The notes beneath the pieces are model-generated. The model had not been told where the DNA came from. It saw only the letters and a list, made by a program, of their open reading frames with translations, and searched no databases. Both the position numbers and the translations under genes were made by a program. From positions 30,001 through 62,000 of the forward strand of contig JBHLKY010000005.1 in the NCBI GenBank assembly GCA_048886185.1: a stretch of 32,000 bases of DNA. The letters run 5' to 3'. This stretch comes from Candidatus Hermodarchaeota archaeon. GTDB taxonomy: Archaea; Asgardarchaeota; Heimdallarchaeia; Hodarchaeales; Hodarchaeaceae. Below are positions 27,127 to 32,000 of this stretch, one piece after another. The stretch's first letter is position 1, and each line of letters starts with the position of its first letter.

Positions 27127-28824
27127 ATGGTACATGGATATCCTACATATAGACTAGGTGCTGTCTCAACACCTGAACAAATAGTTAAGTATATTGTCCA
27201 TGTAGTCCTTAAATCTTGGGAAAAGTACCGAGGATCGCCCCAAACTAGTAAAAATTTGAGAATTTTAGACCCAGCGGTTGGAGATGGTCGTTTCTTAATT
27301 CATTTTGCTTTATGTTTTAAGGAATTGTCTGAGAGAAAGGATTGGAATGATAATCTGCAATGTTATGGACTAGATGTTAATCCTAAATCAATTAAATTAG
27401 CACATCGAAATTTTGAAGAGAAAGAAGGTTTAACTTTTGTTGATGTACATCTTAAAATTGGGAACGCATTATTAGGCTTTATATTCAAACCAAAAGGGAG
27501 GGAAGTTACCACTTTAAAAAATAATATTGATGATGACTTTCAATTTCATTATGATCTTATTAAAAAAGACATTCAGAGTGTTAATTACCTATTTCATTGG
27601 TTCCAAGAGTGGCCAGAAGTTTTAATTCATAATGGTTTTGATATTATTCTTGGAAATCCTCCTTACGGAATCCAGTTTTCATATGAAGAGAAAAATCTGT
27701 TTCGTAAGTTATATCAGGCGTTTGACCCCGAGATGGAGAGTTATATTCTTTTTATTGAACGATCCATTTATTTATTGCGGGAAGGCGGTATATTAGTATT
27801 TATTATTCCAAATAATTTATTAAGTAATTACCATTATCAAAACATTAGACAATTTTTGTTAGATAATACAAAAATACTCAAAATTATTAGTTTAAATCGC
27901 CAAATATTTCCAGGATTCCATGTAGAAACCTGTATCTTAATCCTTCAAAGAATTGCAGACAAAAGTGATCGAGACAAAAATAAAATCCTTTTTAGTACAA
28001 TAGATGACCCCTTAAACTTCCCTTTCAAGACTACTGATAATGGAAGTATCACTCAAGAAGAATCCTCTAAAAATCCGTTTAAATTGCTATTACCAAAACC
28101 AGATGTACTAATTAAACGAATTTTAAAAAAAATTCAACATAATAATATAGCATTAAAGAATTTTGTTTCAATCTCACGAGGAATTGAATTAGGATTTAAT
28201 TCACATCTTACGAGCAATAAAAAGCTTGATTCAAACTTTGTACCCCTAATTGCTGGCCGTTCAATTCGAAAATTCCGTCTGGATAAGAATATTCGCTATA
28301 TACGGTTTGATAAAGATAAAAAATCTATTTTCAAGGATTATAGTATATATCAACAACCAAAAATACTGCTTCGACGAATAGGTCATGAATTAACAGCAGT
28401 CTTCGATCCTCATCATCATTTTTGTGTTTGCGATGTGTATATGATAATCCTCAACCCTTCACGACCTATACTCGAATTAAAATATTTAGAAGTGCTACTG
28501 AATTCAAACCTCCTTTCTTTTTACCTAAGACATAATTTTACGAATGTAAAGCAAATTTTCCCTAAAATCCCAATTGGATATTTGAAAAAACTTCCTATTA
28601 AGATTCCTTCCAGTCTATCGAAAATTCAAGAACTAGTAGAAAATCCAATTGATTTACCTTGGAATATCCAAAAAGCCAGTTCTTATCAATTGAAACGAAT
28701 AGATAGGTTAAATCAGGAAATATTTAGGATTTATGATATTACCTCTAAAGAACAAGAGATTATTTTAAAAAAACTGCCTTCTTTATTAGGAAAAAAAATC
28801 AGCTCACGAAATAAGATTACGTAA
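27127..28824 (+). CDS. N6-adenine DNA methyltransferase, Eco57I/TaqI-like (MTase-4)
   Basis: GAVSTP, ILDPAVGDGRF, YGLDVN, FHW...WPEV...GFDIILGNPPY, FIERSIYLLREGG, and TaqI_C-type PKILLRR and LLNSNLL. Confidence 0.85.
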   Translation: MVHGYPTYRLGAVSTPEQIVKYIVHVVLKSWEKYRGSPQTSKNLRILDPAVGDGRFLIHFALCFKELSERKDWNDNLQCYGLDVNPKSIKLAHRNFEEKEGLTFVDVHLKIGNALLGFIFKPKGREVTTLKNNIDDDFQFHYDLIKKDIQSVNYLFHWFQEWPEVLIHNGFDIILGNPPYGIQFSYEEKNLFRKLYQAFDPEMESYILFIERSIYLLREGGILVFIIPNNLLSNYHYQNIRQFLLDNTKILKIISLNRQIFPGFHVETCILILQRIADKSDRDKNKILFSTIDDPLNFPFKTTDNGSITQEESSKNPFKLLLPKPDVLIKRILKKIQHNNIALKNFVSISRGIELGFNSHLTSNKKLDSNFVPLIAGRSIRKFRLDKNIRYIRFDKDKKSIFKDYSIYQQPKILLRRIGHELTAVFDPHHHFCVCDVYMIILNPSRPILELKYLEVLLNSNLLSFYLRHNFTNVKQIFPKIPIGYLKKLPIKIPSSLSKIQELVENPIDLPWNIQKASSYQLKRIDRLNQEIFRIYDITSKEQEIILKKLPSLLGKKISSRNKIT

Positions 28825-28838
28825 TAGAAACTTCTTTA

Positions 28839-29537
28839 TTACCAATCACGTTCAGTTAGCCCTGTTACATTGAAACCACAATTATGAGTTTTATACCGAC
28901 GATTAAGTCCGATGAGGAAGGCAGTAAAAGATTCCACATGTCTTGCAGATAGAGTTCCACCTGAATCTACAGGTCGTAGATTTTTGATCAAAGCTGCTTT
29001 CTCTTTCACAATATGTTTTGCATGTTTTTCACTACCAAAAATAAACACATCCTGATCGAGAACTGGTAATCGTTCAATATCTTGTAAAACTGTATTTGAG
29101 ATGGTTTTAAATGCACCGACAAGGGGTACTTCAGATGGAATTACTTTTCGTAATAATTCAGTAGCACTTTTTGTTCCTTGTGCCAACTCTGGATATACAT
29201 CAACCATTTTTCCTTTTTCAAAAGGTTTTAAGGGCACTGTCACATCTACAATGATTTGATCTGGAGTAAAATGTTTGAGAAAAGGCGTTATTGTATTCAC
29301 TATAGAATAAAAGGGAGTTGTACACAAAATGATTTCTGATTCTTTCACACAATCCTCATTTGTCCGTGGAATGACTAATTCTTCTCCTAATATTTCATTT
29401 ATTTTAGCTGAAATTCTATCAGCCTTCTCTTGCTGTCGTGATCCCATTATTACTGATTCTCCAGCAATTCCCCACCTCAATGCTAAACCTTGACCTTGTG
29501 GGCCTGTTCCACCGATCATTCCAATTATTTTTTCCAT
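28839..29537 (-). CDS. npdG: NADPH-dependent F420 reductase (F420H2:NADP+ oxidoreductase)
   Basis: IGMIGGTGPQGQGLALRW, IMGSR..EKA, VDVTVPL, VGAFKTIS and LRPVDSG. Confidence 0.9.
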   Translation of the reverse strand: MEKIIGMIGGTGPQGQGLALRWGIAGESVIMGSRQQEKADRISAKINEILGEELVIPRTNEDCVKESEIILCTTPFYSIVNTITPFLKHFTPDQIIVDVTVPLKPFEKGKMVDVYPELAQGTKSATELLRKVIPSEVPLVGAFKTISNTVLQDIERLPVLDQDVFIFGSEKHAKHIVKEKAALIKNLRPVDSGGTLSARHVESFTAFLIGLNRRYKTHNCGFNVTGLTERDW

Positions 29538-29563
29538 GATACAACTTTCCTAATTCATTAATT

Positions 29564-31006
29564 TTATAATGTGTCCATAATTTCATTAATTTTAGTTTCT
29601 AAATAATGCTTAAATTTCGGTAATAACTCATTTACTTTTGTATCGGTCTCTGCTTCAACAGTTATACGAATTTTAGGGCCAGTATTACTAGCTCGAATTA
29701 AAACCCAGGATTTATTCCCAATGGGGATCCCAATGCCATCAATAGGATTAATGTTATCATATTGAGATTGCAATGTTCTTAACAAATCTGCAATCACTTT
29801 AAATTTAATTTTATCAGGACAATCGATAGCAATTTTTCTTTTATGAAGAGTAGGAAGTTCATCAACCAGATTTGACAATGGCTGATCGCTTCGCGATAGA
29901 ATCTCTGCAAGCTTTAAGGGGATGATCATGGCATCATCAAATAGATAAACAGTGGGGAAGACCATATGACCGCTAGATTCAATTCCAATTAATGTATCAC
30001 CTTTTTTCTGTGCATCCGCAGTTAGAAATGTGTGACCTACCTTAATGCGGTCAATAACAGCAGGTGGAGAGAGTACATTTTCAAGAATAAGAGAACATTC
30101 AACATTAGCAATTACACGAATTAATTTAGGATATTCATTAAGCATGAATTTAGCTAAAATAACGCCTGTAATATCCGCGAGAAGAATCCTTCCCTTTTCA
30201 TCAACTATTACGGCACGGTCGCCGTCTCCATCGAATCCTACCCCGAAATCAGCATTCTCTGACGTAACCTTCTTTGAGAGGAAACTCAGTGATTCTTGGT
30301 TTGGTTCTGAGCTTCGATTCGGAAATGTTGGATCGACTTCGCAGAATAAAGGAATAACATCCAAACCTATGCCTTGGAGAATTTTAGGCGCAGAAAGACA
30401 TGAAGCTCCATTACCACAATCAACAACAACCTTTAATTTTTTCTCTAAAGCGAATTTGGAAGTAAGGAATTCATGATATTCCTTCTTAAGATTAGTTATT
30501 GTCATTTGGCCTACTTTATTCCACGTAGGTTTGATAAACTCCCCATTAAGAAAAATTTCACAAATTTTCATATTTTCTTCTTCTGAGAAACCTACTCCTG
30601 AACCATAATAAAATTTCACACCATTCCACTCTGGAGGTAAATGAGAGGCTGTAATGAAGGCTGTGGCAAAAGCGTTTCTTTTCCAAGCTGTGAACATACA
30701 CGCACCAAATTGAAGCGGTTCACCTGAAAATTCGATATTAACACCTGTAGCCATCACTCCTGCCGCAAATGCATGGGCTAATAGCGAACTTGTTTGGCGA
30801 ATATCATATGCAACAAAGATAAATTCATCTACTAATTCTTGCTTGAGGTGTAAAAAGGTTCCAAATGCTAAACCAATACGAAAGAGGGTTTGGGGTGTTA
30901 TTTCCTCATTAAAAATACCTCTTACATCATAAGCTCTGAATATATGTTTTATACCTTCATAATTTGTTGGATGGGGCAATTTTTTCACCTTTGGTATTAT
31001 GATCAA
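29564..31006 (-). CDS. Phosphohexomutase (phosphomannomutase/phosphoglucomutase family)
   Basis: FRAYDVRG, phospho-Ser loop TASHLPPEWNGVK, metal loop FDGDGDR, ESSGH and IRASNTGPKIR. TTG start overlaps the profilin stop; SD GGTGAG at 31015-31020. Confidence 0.93.
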   Translation of the reverse strand: MIIIPKVKKLPHPTNYEGIKHIFRAYDVRGIFNEEITPQTLFRIGLAFGTFLHLKQELVDEFIFVAYDIRQTSSLLAHAFAAGVMATGVNIEFSGEPLQFGACMFTAWKRNAFATAFITASHLPPEWNGVKFYYGSGVGFSEEENMKICEIFLNGEFIKPTWNKVGQMTITNLKKEYHEFLTSKFALEKKLKVVVDCGNGASCLSAPKILQGIGLDVIPLFCEVDPTFPNRSSEPNQESLSFLSKKVTSENADFGVGFDGDGDRAVIVDEKGRILLADITGVILAKFMLNEYPKLIRVIANVECSLILENVLSPPAVIDRIKVGHTFLTADAQKKGDTLIGIESSGHMVFPTVYLFDDAMIIPLKLAEILSRSDQPLSNLVDELPTLHKRKIAIDCPDKIKFKVIADLLRTLQSQYDNINPIDGIGIPIGNKSWVLIRASNTGPKIRITVEAETDTKVNELLPKFKHYLETKINEIMDTL

Positions 31007-31377
31007 TAAAAGAGCTCACCCATCTTGGCAATCTCTTTTTGTACCTCTACTGGATCATCGTCTTTCAAATAACAGAGAAAATAGTATTTATTCTTACAGA
31101 TTTGGATCACAAGTGATCCATAACCCTTTGGACTTGATAAACACCAATAGTTCGGATAAGCATTAATAACTGAGTTATATTTGACTCCAGCAACACGAGT
31201 GGAAGGAGGGAATGTAACCCATTCTGATAATAGGTAATATCCATCAACAAGATTTTGCTTTCCTGCTTGAGGGAAAGCCCCTTGATGATAGAATATATTT
31301 CCATAGGGATCAAGAATAATAAAACCAGTAATGATGTGTTTATTAAAAAGTTTATTTAAAATACTACGATAAGGCAT
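31003..31377 (-). CDS. Profilin (Asgard-type actin regulator)
   Basis: 124 aa; GFIILDPYGNIF, RVAGVKY, SPKGYGSLVI, YFLCYL and a C-terminal helix EIAKMGELF follow profilin secondary-structure motifs in order. Confidence 0.75.
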   Translation of the reverse strand: MPYRSILNKLFNKHIITGFIILDPYGNIFYHQGAFPQAGKQNLVDGYYLLSEWVTFPPSTRVAGVKYNSVINAYPNYWCLSSPKGYGSLVIQICKNKYYFLCYLKDDDPVEVQKEIAKMGELFY

Positions 31378-31662
31378 ACCTTCAACTCTTAAATACGTCT
31401 ATTTTGTTCTTTATTTTATTAGAACTGTTCTTTATCTTTCTTTTTGCTTAAGTATATTCCGAATATTATTCTTATTGATATTTGGTTTTAATGATGATGG
31501 AGATAATTTAGAAGAGACTTAATATTGTAATTTCAGAAATCATCTTCTTAATCTTAACATAATTCTTGATTATATTGTTGATCGAAACTTTTTTCTGATA
31601 TCAAAAAAGAAAAATTAATGACATGATTCCTTTTTTATCTGAATTAGGCACAAATTCAGATA

Positions 31663-31670
31663 TTTATATA
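31663..31670 (+). promoter_or_regulatory. Candidate TATA box for the zinc-ribbon gene
   Basis: TTTATATA ending 23 nt before ATG 31694, consistent with a leaderless or short-leader transcript. Confidence 0.4.
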
Positions 31671-31693
31671 GAGATCTAGGATCAATTAAACTC

Positions 31694-32000
31694 ATGAAAC
31701 CCTCTAAGAATAATACAGAAGTTATGGTCGAATGTCCTGGTTGCCAGAAGATGGTTCCTATAACCCAGTTCTGTATCTTATGTGGTTTCAACATGAATGC
31801 TACTAAATTCGAAAATCTTAATCAACAAAGATTGGTATCATGCCCACACTGCAAAAAAAATGTCCCAAATACAGTCTTTTGTATATCTTGCGGAAAAAAA
31901 ATAGATTCTAAATCACAGGCTCAAGAAATAGAGACTTCTGAAACAGAAAAATGTCCATTGTGTCGTAAAGAGGTTCCCTCTGATCACAATTTCTGCCATC
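31694..32000 (+). CDS. Multi zinc-ribbon (double zinc ribbon-like) protein, 3' truncated by the window edge; absent from the ORF track
   Basis: My translation: MKPSKNNTEVMVECPGCQKMVPITQFCILCGFNMNATKFENLNQQRLVSCPHCKKNVPNTVFCISCGKKIDSKSQAQEIETSETEKCPLCRKEVPSDHNFCH... It contains three CxxC-x9/10-CxxC units, the third incomplete. Confidence 0.8.
   Translation, partial: MKPSKNNTEVMVECPGCQKMVPITQFCILCGFNMNATKFENLNQQRLVSCPHCKKNVPNTVFCISCGKKIDSKSQAQEIETSETEKCPLCRKEVPSDHNFCH

Noticed and set aside
3983-28824. Complete restriction-modification system, BREX/DISARM or defence island
   Set aside because: No endonuclease, helicase, PglZ, ATPase or specificity-subunit gene is visible, and the MTases are separated by metabolic genes.
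1752-31313. Short alternative-frame and antisense ORFs in the track (e.g. 1752..2000, 2709..2951, 2752..2994, 4510..4752, 6629..6838, 7615..7845, 8450..8656, 11665..11889, 15704..15955, 15913..16173, 16252..16446, 17374..17580, 18941..19138, 19847..20044, 20108..20296, 20408..20635, 20579..20863, 22029..22352, 23312..23581, 24502..24705, 24708..24899, 25317..25499, 26093..26434, 26185..26409, 30045..30476, 31107..31313)
   Set aside because: All overlap longer genes that carry clear family motifs, and none has a recognisable motif. They are treated as shadow ORFs.
1-32000. CRISPR array, tRNA/rRNA genes, IS elements or provirus
   Set aside because: I found no regularly spaced repeats, GC-rich structured RNA segments, transposase, integrase or capsid motifs by eye. 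A tRNAscan-SE/Infernal run would be the definitive test.

Overview
AT-rich archaeal chromosomal window with 24 CDS (the last is truncated at the window end). I saw no rRNA, tRNA, CRISPR array, transposase or integrase. Three eukaryotic-signature-like proteins (a profilin, a full longin+DENN protein and a CCDC47/DUF1682-like membrane protein), together with an F420 reductase and TATA-type promoters, indicate an Asgard archaeon; Heimdallarchaeia is possible but is an inference. Most other genes are metabolic: TPP enzyme, Zn-dehydrogenase, VOC protein, Ser/Thr dehydratase, YgeY hydrolase, class III aminotransferase, NpdG and a phosphohexomutase. Four features stand out. (1) A bacterial/eukaryotic-type (class II) CCA-adding enzyme is fused to what reads as a circularly permuted PNK-like P-loop kinase, with Walker A at the extreme C-terminus. 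(2) An uncharacterised module comprises two Pol-beta-like nucleotidyltransferases, a calcineurin-like phosphoesterase, an APC permease and two hypothetical proteins around an 806-bp divergent control region. (3) Four N6-adenine DNA methyltransferases with no visible restriction nuclease are interspersed among housekeeping genes. (4) CCDC47-like and DENN genes lie in tandem, and profilin is translationally coupled to the phosphohexomutase. All family assignments come from motifs read by eye; no database search was run.
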